Assembly: GCF_001194135.2 (NCBI RefSeq)
Contig: NC_068996.1
Coordinates: forward strand, 37,753,710 to 37,817,709
Direction of reading: 5' to 3'
Length of the DNA: 64,000 nucleotides
DNA from: Octopus bimaculoides
Taxonomy: Eukaryota
The translations under genes were made by a program, and so were the position numbers. Position 1 is the first letter of the stretch; each line of letters starts with the position of its first letter. Positions 52,455-62,362 of the stretch are shown here, one piece after another. Under the pieces are notes generated by a model, which saw nothing but the letters and a program-made list of their open reading frames with translations, did no database searches and was not told the DNA's origin.

Positions 52455-55033
52455 CATTACTATTATTACCTCCACCTTAGCAAAGGCAGAGGTATTGTTT
52501 TCATCACATTTGTTTGTTTGCTTGTTTGTCCGTGGACAAGATATCTCAAGAACTGCTTGAGAGGACGTTGGTGTTGCCTTGGTCAAGGTTTGCGTTCTCT
52601 GAGTGCTCTTGTATTATTATTACTATTCATCTTTACATTCTGATTTCAAATGTCGCCGAGGTCGACTTTGCCTTTCATCCTTTTGGAGTCAAATAAATAA
52701 GTACCAGTAAAGTACTTGGGTCAATGTAATTGACTTCCCCTCCCTTCAAAAACTGCTGGCCCTGTGCTGAAATTTGAAACCATTATTACTAGTGATGGTG
52801 GTGGTAGTAAGTAAGTAAGTAGTAATAGTATAATCAGTAAAAACTATTTAAGAGAAGCTATAGGAAATAGATACTTAGTACATTTTCCTTCCAAATATTA
52901 ACCACTTAGAATTAAGAACAGTAAATGTTTTTAGCTAGTCAGCAAACTGGAGCAAGTTGAGATATATACATTGTTCAGGAACACAACACAACGACAGTAT
53001 TAATATTAAAATGTGATCTGTTGAAGTGTAGATTACAGATTACAGTGAGAAAATTTAATGATATCCTGGGAAATACATATATAAGTACATAGTTATGTGC
53101 ACTTTAGTTGTAGCTGTATGCTCTTTTCCATAAACTGATTTGTCTAGTACTTTTCAAATATGTAATATGTCATTTTGTTTTCTTTTGTTTCATGGTGGTT
53201 TTCCTTTATTTACTGTAATCTTTCTGAGGAATGGATCCAAGGAAAGAAGTTATTTTTTACTTTAGAATTGAACAGTGGAATAAAATTAAAATATGTTTTT
53301 AAAAAAAAAACCCATCTTGTTGTCTAGCCCAAGAACAGAAATTCAAATATGAATTAGAAGCAGCTTGAGGTGTATAAATAAAATTGAACACACATACCGT
53401 GTGTATGCATGTTGTTAGTTCATGGATTGGCTGTGGTTTTTAGGCATAAGAGAATATATTCTCTATGTATCTGGTCTAAAACACACCTGAAAATAAGTCA
53501 CAGCCAAGCAAGACAACTCACAAAGGTCCTTTCTCAGAGCAATAGACATTGATATGTCATCATTCTTTTTTGTTGTTTCGTCATTGTTTCTTCATTGTCA
53601 TTGTCATTGAGTCATCAATGTCTGTCACTCCAAGAAAGGACCTGATGTGAGTTGTCTTCTTGACTAGGCACATAGCAAATATATTCTCTTATGCTTAAAA
53701 ATTGCAGCTGACTCACAAACTAAGAATGCACATACCTTGTGTATGTGTGTTTGATTTTGTTGATAAAGGAAATATATTAGTCATGCAATAACAAAGTGAA
53801 AAACTAACTTTATATTGAAAAATGAGATAAAGACCATTAAAACCAGCCCTATTCTCATAAAAGAGGAAATTTACAGGGAAATTTACTGTTCCCACCCCTA
53901 CTTTTCTGCCATGCTTTAACCCCCACTAACAAACTTGTTCAATGATATCATCATGGTATATAGATGTATATTGATGACTCAGAAATCTTTACAAAGAATA
54001 ACACTCCTAAATTTAGAGGAGATTTTTAGAAAACCTCCAAAAATTGTCTATAGTTTCACTAAAGACAAGGATGAATATAGAATTAGACAAGTTTGCCAAA
54101 ACAACTTCAAGAAGTAACAAATTAACGAGCTCTGACAAACATAAATTAACATAAAATTTTGATGGAAGGTTTTATTTAGATTATTTTAAACAAGAAGATT
54201 TGTATCATAGATCCAGAGGAAGTCTTTGGTGTGTTGGTATCAGATGGGTTAAGACAAACAAGATGGAAAGAGCTGGAAGCTAGGTCATATGACAAGGATA
54301 TTTCTGTTGAAATATACTACTTTTTTTTCAATTAATTCTGAAAATAATGAAGAATTTAGTAAACTAACTTTGTCATTATTAAGCTGGTGTTTTGAACATA
54401 AACTAACAAGAAATTTTGATGCATCACTTTAAAACAGGAAGTTTATATCATAGAATGAGAAACAATCTCAGGTGGGTTGGCATAAAAAATAGTCAAGGTA
54501 TTCAGAACAACTATGTTTAACAATGTTTTGTTTTCATTTCTATTGAAAAATATCTTTTCTGAAACAAACAATTTTTTCACTTTTGTGTTTGCAGATCAGT
54601 CGAAACTATAATTTACAGTGTTTCTTACATGAAAGCAATGTTTTCACCGACCTTTTGCAATATCAATTTGAACCCTGCTGTAATGATCAAGTAAGTTAAA
54701 ATCTAATGTAAACAATTTATTTAAATGAACAGGAAGACCATTGTTTGGGGATGGGTATTATTGCTAAGAATAGAGCAAAGAAATTCTCGAATTATTTTAG
54801 TAAATGTTGCTTTAAAAACAAAAACATGCTTAATGTATATTAATATATATTTATACAGGTGTTCAATCCAATTACTTTTCCAGGTAATTAAACTTTCTCA
54901 GGAATATGGAGCTAGCCATCAACTGCAGAAAGAGGCAAGAAAGTGGGCCGCAAAGATATCAAAGGAAACAAAAACTATTCGGGAACATCTTAAAACAATG
55001 AAAACCTTACAGAATCAACTAAAATCTGATGTG
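25899..55033 (+). CDS. FCHSD2: FCH and double SH3 domains protein (FCHSD2 / Nervous wreck orthologue), partial; 8 exons encoding the F-BAR and following helical region, join(25899-25984,37072-37216,41303-41439,44712-44775,45575-45703,49976-50098,54595-54690,54884-55033)
   Basis: All introns are GT-AG and phases are compatible, giving one open frame of 930 nt. Peptides resemble FCHSD2/Nwk as I recall them: RNEYLLCQSAANAHQIRYY vs RNDYLLTLAAANAHQDRYY; ALDGEVYERIQDY vs ALDGNVYDHLKDY; KEARKWAAKISKE vs KEARKWATRVARE. Confidence 0.93.
26651..27370 (-). mobile_element. Chapaev3-like (CMC superfamily) DNA transposon 3' fragment
   Basis: ORF with LPFHIKLGIMKQFVKALNKNG and NLTIKLHYLNSRFDKFP (cf. PLHIKLGLMKQFVKAL, NMSxKxHxLHSH); terminus-like catgacccaacaaaaaa at 26651. 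Family name from recall. Confidence 0.6.
28765..29140 (+). mobile_element. SINE family A (diverged)
   Basis: Head, CORE-like block and tail present. Confidence 0.75.
29535..30509 (-). mobile_element. Non-autonomous Penelope-like element (P2) with ~230-245-bp direct repeats (29535-29780, 30282-30509)
   Basis: Two diverged copies of tcaaaaaa.gttaaacac...cttcgtcagttgtccctg...gcggagggt; followed by (CATA/CATG)n. Confidence 0.65.
30510..30685. repeat. Compound (CATA)/(CATG)n microsatellite
   Basis: Alternating runs of CATA and CATG. Confidence 0.95.
33416..33618. mobile_element. piggyBac-like MITE, same family, opposite orientation
   Basis: ttaac..tttagcatttaaac ... tttgacagagtaatgggttaa. Confidence 0.65.
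36752..36920. mobile_element. ~170-bp hairpin-rich repeat inserted in (TA)n
   Basis: Hairpins GCCAC/GTGGC, ACCCC/GGGGT, GGAGGA/TCCTCC, GACACA/TGTGTC; flanked by TA repeats. Confidence 0.5.
36992..37028 (-). pseudogene. Truncated tRNA-Met(CAT) elongator fragment (tRNA positions 4-40)
   Basis: TCGGTAGCGCAGTAGGCAGCGCGTCAGTCTCATAATC: D-stem GCGC/GCGC, anticodon loop CTCATAA, U31/U39 typical of eukaryotic elongator Met; no T-arm or 3' acceptor strand. Confidence 0.85.
37072..37216 (+). CDS. FCHSD2: FCHSD2/nwk exon (exon 5): (K)TAVIVWRQILEELEKVAKARLAASEIYYEKCAEPAKPLKNAKVQCLKK, 145 nt, phase 2 to 0
   Basis: Acceptor cattttag|A; donor AAG|gtaaga; VW...LE...A.ARL pattern of the F-BAR helix. Confidence 0.93.
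37505..37935 (+). mobile_element. SINE family A
   Basis: Well-preserved copy about 290 bp downstream of exon 5. Confidence 0.9.
38530..39950 (+). mobile_element. L1/Tx1-clade LINE ORF2 fossil (RT to C-terminal Cys/His region)
   Basis: VKLNSHFSEVFSI...LSVLLYVLALEPLL*...SAYIDNV (cf. QGCPLSPLLYVLALEPLL, AYADDV); C-terminal TFLHAVIQ motif. Confidence 0.8.
39973..40197. mobile_element. Tigger/pogo-like MITE
   Basis: Termini CAGTAATCCCTCG ... CAAGGGATTACTG|TA. Confidence 0.75.
40836..41056. mobile_element. piggyBac-like MITE (TTAA TSD)
   Basis: TTAA|CCCTTTAG ... CTAAAGGG|TTAA. Confidence 0.75.
41303..41439 (+). CDS. FCHSD2: FCHSD2/nwk exon (exon 6): LVSQLSLIQSEVAQSVLEMTKAHKIYIADETQTNDAKQKAMEADE(K), 137 nt, phase 0 to 2
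   Basis: Acceptor ttcatctag|CTG; donor GAAAA|gtaatt; aligns to the CVDQLTKIQTELQETVKDLAKGKKKY region. Not shown in this frame by the ORF track. Confidence 0.9.
41940..42260 (-). mobile_element. RTE LINE remnants (APE fragment plus 3' end)
   Basis: ILELSEIQWLQAGH*RLLTTEL (cf. LGLSETRW). Confidence 0.6.
43245..43560 (-). mobile_element. SINE family B, tandem partial duplication
   Basis: Two successive cacagcctgaa/cacaaggcctgaa...aaggatgaaaggcaa blocks. Confidence 0.8.
43820..44395 (-). mobile_element. RTE-clade (BovB-like) LINE 3' fragment
   Basis: IEVTLLKTQLHWAGHVARMDDHQLPMITLHG followed by a decayed terminal zinc finger and short-repeat tail. Confidence 0.8.
44712..44775 (+). CDS. FCHSD2: FCHSD2/nwk exon (exon 7): (K)LKRKSVGFFKSMTSLQRNCSK, 64 nt, phase 2 to 0
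   Basis: Acceptor ttgcacag|G; donor AAG|gtgagt; basic FF.S..SLQ tip motif of the Nwk/FCHSD F-BAR. Confidence 0.92.
44838..45360 (+). mobile_element. SINE family A with expanded (TG)n (~44991-45165)
   Basis: Fills most of the 799-bp intron between exons 7 and 8. Confidence 0.9.
45575..45703 (+). CDS. FCHSD2: FCHSD2/nwk exon (exon 8): LTTRYEQCATKSTASRNEYLLCQSAANAHQIRYYSVDLPELMK, 129 nt, phase 0 to 0
   Basis: Acceptor atcctcag|CTA; donor AAG|gtaaaa; strong motif match. Confidence 0.96.
46145..46362 (-). mobile_element. SINE family B
   Basis: Family B motifs. Confidence 0.85.
46401..46541. repeat. 141-bp palindromic mini-element: 53-bp inverted arms and internal 21-bp repeats
   Basis: Arms 46401-46453 and 46489-46541 pair fully (2 G-U); unit ATTCTTTGC(C/A)ATCAAATTTGA occurs 3x direct and 2x inverted. 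Confidence 0.85.
47030..47800 (-). mobile_element. RTE-clade LINE 5' end (5'UTR plus start of APE endonuclease)
   Basis: Minus strand ...GTAGGGTCACCCAAGGTAGACAGGTC resembles the RTE/Expander 5'UTR; NVAVGNVNACY resembles the WNVRT start of APE. Confidence 0.6.
48965..49140 (+). mobile_element. SINE family B (further partial + copies at ~24040, ~24500, ~52625; - copy at ~26435)
   Basis: ctgagttcaaat...gactttacctttcatcc. Confidence 0.7.
49976..50098 (+). CDS. FCHSD2: FCHSD2/nwk exon (exon 9): ALDGEVYERIQDYFTIHTSTSAEVSAIETNCFQKLSHEAEK, 123 nt, phase 0 to 0
   Basis: Acceptor tttccttgtag|GCC; donor AAG|gtaatg. Confidence 0.95.
50190..50397 (-). mobile_element. Probable LINE (L2/CR1-type) 3' tail fragment ending in (TAT)n
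   Basis: Non-coding GC-richer block abutting (AAT)n; family recalled, not verified. Confidence 0.35.
50400..51865 (+). mobile_element. R4/Dong-clade (RLE-type) LINE reverse transcriptase fossil
   Basis: PEWLTEGKTILIPK, WINYQKAFDSIPH, FQGDTLSPLLFCLAL, ISHLLYMDDLKLYA, FGLEKC; frameshifts and stops. Confidence 0.85.
52398..52472. repeat. (TTA)n microsatellite
   Basis: Direct reading. Confidence 0.95.
54595..54690 (+). CDS. FCHSD2: FCHSD2/nwk exon (exon 10): ISRNYNLQCFLHESNVFTDLLQYQFEPCCNDQ, 96 nt, phase 0 to 0
   Basis: Acceptor tgtttgcag|ATC; donor CAA|gtaagt; matches VVRDYNLQLFLQENAVF...FQFQPCDSD. Confidence 0.94.
54884..55033 (+). CDS. FCHSD2: FCHSD2/nwk exon (exon 11): VIKLSQEYGASHQLQKEARKWAAKISKETKTIREHLKTMKTLQNQLKSDV, 150 nt, phase 0 to 0
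   Basis: Acceptor ttttccag|GTA; donor GTG|gtaaac (alternative GAT|gtggta 3 nt upstream); KEARKW motif. Confidence 0.88.
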
Positions 55034-55269
55034 GTAAACTGTTGTTACATATTTATTAAAATAATATTTCTATTAGCTTTGCTCTTTACTAATAAAAACA
55101 ATTTTTGCCAACACAATCTACTCCTAGTCTCTAAAGGTTCTAAGTGTTTTTTACCCCACAAGTGTATGCATGCAATCATACAAACATACACTCGCGCACA
55201 CACACACACACACACACACTTGCATGTAATTTTCATACATAGATTTATATATATATATTCTTTTATTTT

Positions 55270-56010
55270 ATTATTTTACTTCTTTCAGTCATTTGACTGT
55301 GGCCATGCTGGAGCACTGTCTTGAAGGATTTTAGACAAACAAGTCGACCCCAGGACTTTTTTTTAAGCCTAGTACTTATTCCATCAGTCTCTTTTGCCAA
55401 ACTGCTAACTTACAGGGATGTAAACACACTAACACTGGTTGTCAAGGGATGATGTGGAGACAAACATAGACACAAAGAAACACATAAAAATATACATACA
55501 TATATATATATATATTTCAATACAGAGCAAATAATTCAGCAGAAAATATTTGCGAAGATACCATTAAGTCTATTATTATCTAGGATAAAATAATTAATTG
55601 ATAATAACAGAATTAATAATAAAAGCAATTGCAGATCCAAAAGGCATTAAATAGCTGACAGATTAAAATTCATGTTAATCAAAGGACATACTGAGTATGT
55701 CTACCTGCTGGAAATAACAGTCAAAACTCTTATTTGAATCACCAAGAAAATAACAATGATAATAACTACAGAAATCAACCGTCCATGAGCATACGGGTTA
55801 AGAAAATCATTTAACATACCAATATAACATCCAGTTATATATTTTCTAGTATTTGGACTCTTTCAGTTTCCATCTACCAAATCCACTCACAAGGCTTTCA
55901 TTGATCTGAGGCTATAGTAGAAGACACTTGCCCAAGGTGCCATGCAGTGGGACAGAACTCTGAACCATGTAGTTGGGATGCAAGATACTTATCCCACAGA
56001 CATGCCTATA
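55270..56010 (-). mobile_element. SINE family A, split (3' half 55270-55490; 5' half 55850-56010)
   Basis: Reverse-complement family A motifs. Confidence 0.8.
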
Positions 56011-56100
56011 TGTATATGAAATTAAGTAAATGACAATGGAAGAAGAATTATGTAATTAACTTCATTAACTTACAGAAAGCATCTCATAGCAGGAACAGCT

Positions 56101-56330
56101 TTAGCCCTTTTGATAGCAATCCATCTGAGACCACCCATGGTTCTGTGATAGAAACTTCCTGTTTTAAAGTGAGCTAAATGAAAACCTTCTCTCAAAACTG
56201 CATGCTAAATTTGTTCCAGACATCAACTTAATAATGGTAAAAGTTATTTATTAGACTCTTTATCATTTTCAAAAATTAATTGAAATAATGGCAATGTATT
56301 TCAACAAAAATATGGTACCATATGGGTTAA
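56101..56330. mobile_element. piggyBac-like MITE, second family (related partial copies at ~54060-54480 in reverse)
   Basis: ttagcccttttgata...tatgggttaa; body resembles the reverse complement of 54300-54480. Confidence 0.5.
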
Positions 56331-56709
56331 ATTAATAATGTTGATTGCATAATACCATTCCTTTGTCATTTATTTAATTTCATATATAGCGCTGTTGTAT
56401 CTGCCACATAATATCCATCAAGGGGAAAACAATACACATGTAGAATTCCTTCATTCACTTAACATCCATTTCTGCTCACTCACATGGGTTGGTTTATATT
56501 TGAGATAGCATTTTACAACTAGATGCCCTTCCTGCCACCAACCCTTATTTTGTTTTTGTTTTTTATTCCACTAGTTTTTCAAAGGCTCAAAGCAACCAGT
56601 CATAATATCAATAAAGAATGTAAACTTCATGTCACCATTTCACTCAGATGGTGAGAAGTGAATCTATGAAATATCAATACATGTGCACGCACATGCACAC
56701 ACAAGCACG

Positions 56710-56740
<31 letters not shown>

Positions 56741-56758
56741 ATGCATGCACACACACAT

Positions 56759-56793
<35 letters not shown>

Positions 56794-56904
56794 CATGTAT
56801 GCACACACATACACTCGATTTTCATACAATTTCTATTTATCAACTCTACTCACAAAGCATCAGTCAGGATTTAGACAAAAAAAACTGTGAAAAACATTTA
56901 TTAA

Positions 56905-57275
56905 ATATAATAGTTCAGTTTGCAACCAGATGGATTCTGGTTCAGTTCCACTGTGCATCATCTTGGACAAGTGTCTTATGCTATGATCCCAAGCTGACCA
57001 ATGCCTTGTGAGTGAATTTGATGGATGAAAACTGTGGCAGGCCATCACATATGTGTATCTGTGTGCATTTGCCACACCCTCTTTCCACTGCTTAACAACC
57101 AGTATTGGTTTGTTCACATTTTGGTAACTAAGCTTTTCAGCAAAAGTGACCAAAAGAATATGTACCATACTTAAAAAATATTAGTACTAGGGACAATTTG
57201 TTTGACTAAAACCTTTCAAGTCAGTGCCCCAGTATGGCCACAGTCAAATGACTGAAACAAGTAAAAGATAGAAGA
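56905..57275 (+). mobile_element. SINE family A
   Basis: Family A motifs. Confidence 0.8.
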
Positions 57276-57553
57276 TAAGAAATTATTAGGTACTGAATTT
57301 CTACTTTCATTCTAATAAACATTTTAAATTTGCATTTGTACAGTTGTGATCATTCAAATGATTTTATATCATTCTGAACTAAAGTAAAAAAAAAAATCAG
57401 TCAAATACAGTCATTTCAACTGAATATTTATTCATAACTGTCACATATATTTATTCTTGTAAAATTTCATTTCTTTTCCCTTTTAAGCAGATGTACTTGT
57501 TATGAAATATCTAAAAGAGTCTAAGACATTTGCACCACCACCCCCTGCCACGT

Positions 57554-57762
57554 GGACAGTAACCCTCCCCAAGGACAATTACCCCTGAAGACAACAGATG
57601 ATGATTTAAAACTCCTTGATATATTGGAGAGGGGATAATTAACCAATGGGGGTAATTATCCAATGGGGGTAATTATCCAATGGGGGTAATTATCCAATGG
57701 GGTAGTTATCAGGGAGTATTGTCCTATGAGGGGTAATTGTACTAGCAGGGTAATTGTCCTGA
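57554..57762. repeat. 17-bp tandem array (GGGGGTAATTATCCAAT x4) with inverted GGACAATTACCCC copies; probable non-autonomous DNA transposon with subterminal repeats
   Basis: Units at 57631-57698; inverted motif copies at 57554 and 57573. Confidence 0.7.
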
Positions 57763-58279
57763 TATGATCTAAAGTAATTCCAGAATTAAAAATTTTGCTG
57801 TGTCTGTGAAGGGTCATTACAGCAATGATGAGCACAGACACTGGTTCAGTTTCACTCCTTTGTTTATTATTCATCAATTTATTGGCTATTTAACTAACTA
57901 ATCAACTGATTATTTATTTAGTTAATCAATCAATTAGTTGTGTTTGTCAAAGTCCTTTCATCACCATTCACAACCTCTTCAATGGTATGTACACTCTCTA
58001 CTCCAAGGCAGTTTCAGATCTGTCCATCTATTCCTTGCTAGGATGTAATGACTGTAAGTCAGTACTTGACCATTGGCAAGGTTGTGTGATCAAGAAGTTT
58101 GCTTTGTAATCACATGGTTCTAGGTTCCACAACACCGGCACACAGCACTTTGGGGAGGCATCTTAGTCTCAGGTTCACTATTATCTTGGAAATTAGATTG
58201 AATAAACTGAAACTTGTAGAGAAGGCTGCCATTCAGTGTTATGTGTACAAGTGTAAATTTATGTGAATATCTTTAAATT

Positions 58280-58625
58280 ATTTCAGTCAAGGGTTTTAGT
58301 TGAACAAATTAATCTTAGTACTTTATTTTCTAAATCTGATACTTGTCCTATCTGTATCTTTTGCTGAACCACTAAGTTATAGGGGGATATAAGCAAACAA
58401 CACTGGTTGTCAAGTATAATTCTCCATTCTTTGTTATGATGTCTTGCGCGTGTGTGTGTGTGTGAGACAAGCCTCTTTTGGTTTCTATTTATCAAATCCA
58501 CTCAAGGCTTTTGTAATCCCAAGGCTGTGGTACAAGGCACATGCCCAAGGTGTCACACAGTGGGACTGAATCCAAGATCACATGGTTGAGAAGCAAGCGT
58601 CTTACCCATACAGCCATGCCTGTGG
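58280..58625 (-). mobile_element. SINE family A
   Basis: Reverse-complement family A motifs. Confidence 0.8.
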
Positions 58626-59466
58626 TATTTTATATTCTCAAAGAGTTGTAGTCCAAAACATCGGTGAACTCAGGCATTCTAAAAATTAAAATCGATAAAA
58701 TAAGTTTCAGACTATGATCAAAGTAGCTGACTCAAATCATTGATGGCAATGCCCCATCATGGTTACACTTAAGAACCAAAACCAATAAATCTTTTATATA
58801 TAACTATAACATTAAAATAGTCCTTGAAGGTATAAAACACTAACATTTTCTTGACTTAGTTGAAAGGTTCAGCTGCTTGTGTTCCATAGAGTTTGGCTTC
58901 CAAAAGGATAACTAAACAGTACCTAATCCAACTAAGATCACTGGAAACATTTTCAGAGCTCTTCATTTCTAGTTAGATGCATTTGATACTATACAGTTCT
59001 CATAAGTCAGTATAGTAATATTAATTCATGGTCAGTATGGTACCATTAACTCATGGTTTAAATTTCATCTATCATCTTATTTTCCAACCGTCTCTTTTCT
59101 AATGGTCTTCATACCACTGTTTCACTAAGATATAAAACCATGGAATGTCAACATTTGTGCACATACGTACATACACGCATACATACATACAGAGAAATAC
59201 ATATGAATGTACAAGTTTTCATACTGTTCTCCCTCTCGCTTTTTCTCATTGACTCAACAGAGAATCCAATAGATTATGGGTTGTCATAGAGCTAAGTTCA
59301 TGGAGTGTCCACATTTTTTTTTCTTGGATACATCAATGACCCATATATTATATACAAATATGTATTATCAATACTTTACTGATGCTATCAATCAATGAAT
59401 CACTTAAAACTATAAATATGAAAAAAAAAATCAATAAAGACATAAAATCTAGACAAGCCTGTAGTG

Positions 59467-62362
59467 CATAGCTTCCCAAAGTGGGCGATATCACCTACCA
59501 GTCGACAATTTCAATTTACAGGTGAGCGATTGGGCAAACTTCTTGAAAATGGTGGATGATTTGAAATTTTGGTGGACAGTGTGAACATTTTGTGGGTGAC
59601 AAAGAATTCTTAGAAATCAAGTCTGCATTTACCTATATCTAGGCATGCCTAGAATAAGGATGTACTTTTATCGATTTGACTACTGGCATGAGATGTCCCT
59701 TTGTATTTAAAAAAAGCGGACTTGTTTATCAATCAAATATCTTTGTCACACAGTCATTGAGATGGTTGTCATATGTGCTAAAAATAGTAGTGAAGTAGGC
59801 CTAGGTCTTAAATCACGCTTCACCACAGTTTCTCTTTTTTGCATAATCCTATGAAGTCCCACGTGTAGAATATAAATTTGCAAACATTTCCTGAAAGCTC
59901 CAAAAAATAAAAAAAGTTATGAGGGGTTATATGTCATGTGTAATTCAGTGGTTTCATATCAAAACACAAGTACTATTTTCAGGATGTTGACAAAATCTGC
60001 AGGCACACACAAAACGACAGCTTTGAAATTGTGTTTCTTAACTGGGTGAAAATGATCAAATGATTATACTAACCACTATAACTTTTTAAAAACATTTTTC
60101 TAGAAAAAGTTGAATAACTCCAGCAGTTTAGCTTGGAAAGGTATATTAATGTGCCAAATTTTAAAATTTCCGATAAACTTTAATTTTTGAAATGCTGGCA
60201 GCCAAACAAACTAGATCCGTATTTGCTCCAGTAAAGACGTGTCATCTGACTCTGCTCTATTGACTTCTTCTTCTCTTTGGGAATACATTACTGCCTTTTC
60301 ACTTTACTGATAGCTCCAGTCAAGAAAATTTGTCGACAGTACAGTAGTGATTATTTATTGTTTGGATTTATTCCCTCTCCTCAGAACTTTCAGTTACAAA
60401 TGTGCCTTCTTTGCCATGAAACATTGACCAACGAAGCAATGAAACCTTCATGCCTGAAATATCACTTTGATGCAAAGCATTCTGACAAGATGCACAAGCC
60501 ATTGTCATACTTTTTGCAACTGAGCGCCTCTTTCAAAAAGCAAATACAAACATTCAACACGCTACTCCAGAAAACTAGTAAACAGGAGAATGACAGGTTG
60601 ATTGCATCATACAACATTGCATTACTTGTTGTTAAGTCTGGGAAGTCTCACACTATTGGAGAAACATTATTTCACCCAGTTATCAAAGAGGTTTTGTCAA
60701 CTGTTATGCATGAAAAACCCGATAACATTATGAAAAAGATCCCACTTAGTAATAACACAATTTCTCGGTGCATTGATGAAATGGCCAGTGATGTCAAACA
60801 TCAGCTCAATATTCTCCAGCATTCTGAATCTTCTATACAAGTCAGCTGTTGTGGACAATCAATGTTTGATGATGGTATATGTCCAGTATTTCAGTGAAGA
60901 CCTTTAATCTTGTGAGGAAATGCTGTTCACAGAGAAATTGCCACTTGATTCAAAAGGTGCAACAGAGGTTTTTCATCTCTCTTAACGTATGAAATTTCCC
61001 ACCAGGTACTAACTGTTCATTGCTTGGCACACTGGCAGCATTTTGTGGTAAAAAATATGAATGGTAGATTGAATGATGCACTATAGTTAGTTATCAAGAC
61101 TGTAAACAAATTGAAATTCAGTCCCTTGTCTGTTCGAATTTTCTATCATCTCTGTCTGAGAAATGATGAGGACCATACTAAACTCTTGTACCATACCGAA
61201 GTGCAGTGGCTGTCAAAAGGAAACTGTTTTACGCTTTGTTGAACTGTTTCATATAATCATATCTTTCTTTGAAGATACTCTAATATCCGCTTCATTGATA
61301 GTTGCAAGTCATGAAACTAAATGATTTGAATAAGTTATTGCAAGGAAGCAGAAAAACTCCTGTTGATTGTAAATCATTTACAACTACCTTCATTTCAAAA
61401 TTGGTGCTGTATAAAATTGACATTTCAAAACGTCAATTCCCTCAATTTCCACAACTTGATTCTTTGAAAGATGAATTGATTGATGCGGATTTAACTACAT
61501 ATTGCAACTATTTACAATCATTACATGATGGCATGGTGGAGTGATTTCAAGATGTTATTGTGCTGAATATTTCAAATTGGTATAGCAATCCATTTGAGGT
61601 CAATGAAGTTGATTGTGAGGACAATGTTTAGGATGAATTGATAGAATTACAAAATGACGATGACCACAAATGCAATATCACCATAATGGCAAAGAAGGTT
61701 TATGGTACCATCAAAGTATATTAAATTCCTACCCCAATCTGTGAAGATGTCTGAAATTACTTTTGCATGCCTTCCCTACCTCGTACCTGGTTGAATCTGG
61801 TTTTAGCCATGTTGGAACTTTACTTTCCTATAAAAGAATTGGACTGGATGTAACACAAGGAGTCTTGGCTAAAGTTGACAAGTTTGAAATCAAATGTATA
61901 ATGCACTAGCTGCATCGCACCAGACACATGGTTCTCATTAAAAAGTTGTATTCTTTTTCTTTATAATACAATCGTTAATTATTTTTACATCAGTAGTTCT
62001 GGTCAATGGTTCATTTGGGGAAAATAAAAATCAGTGTAACAGAAAGCGCAAGTTTACCGAAGTTAATCTGTCTCCATAATATAGAGTTAACATTAGAATT
62101 TTATTCACACTAATGCCGAAACTAAACCTACAATAAGGGATTTGTAAACAACTGTATATTTAGTCCAAACAGCATTAACTGGGCAATGAGCCTATGATTA
62201 TAGTGTGTGTATCAAATGATACAAGGGAGGGGCGTTCTCCTAGGGGATTTAGTGTTAGGGAGGGTTGTGTCAGGGTTTTTTTAAACAGGTGGGCGACGGA
62301 GCATTTTTTGGCCAATAGGTGGGTGATATTGCAATTTAGCACAAAAAGTTTAAGAAACACTG
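59467..62362 (+). mobile_element. hAT (Buster/Charlie subgroup) DNA transposon, both ends present, transposase pseudogenised
   Basis: Ends CATAGCTTCCCAAAGT / (revcomp) CAGTGTTTCTTAAACT; 8-bp TSD CTGTAGTG (59459-59466) / CTGTAGTA (62363-62370); BED-finger-like CLLC...HFDAKH, HCLAHWQH, HTEVQWLSKG, FPTSYLVESGFS. Confidence 0.9.
60277..61920 (+). pseudogene. Disrupted hAT-Buster transposase (ZBED8/SCAND3/TcBuster-like)
   Basis: ORF 60277-60897 and 61302-61544 plus motifs in other frames; several stops and frameshifts. Confidence 0.85.

Noticed and set aside
54725-55324. 199-aa ORF as a single coding unit
   Set aside because: Only 54884-55033 is exonic; the rest is intron read-through and SINE sequence.
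57631-57698. CRISPR-like array
   Set aside because: Units are head-to-tail with no unique spacers, and the DNA is eukaryotic.
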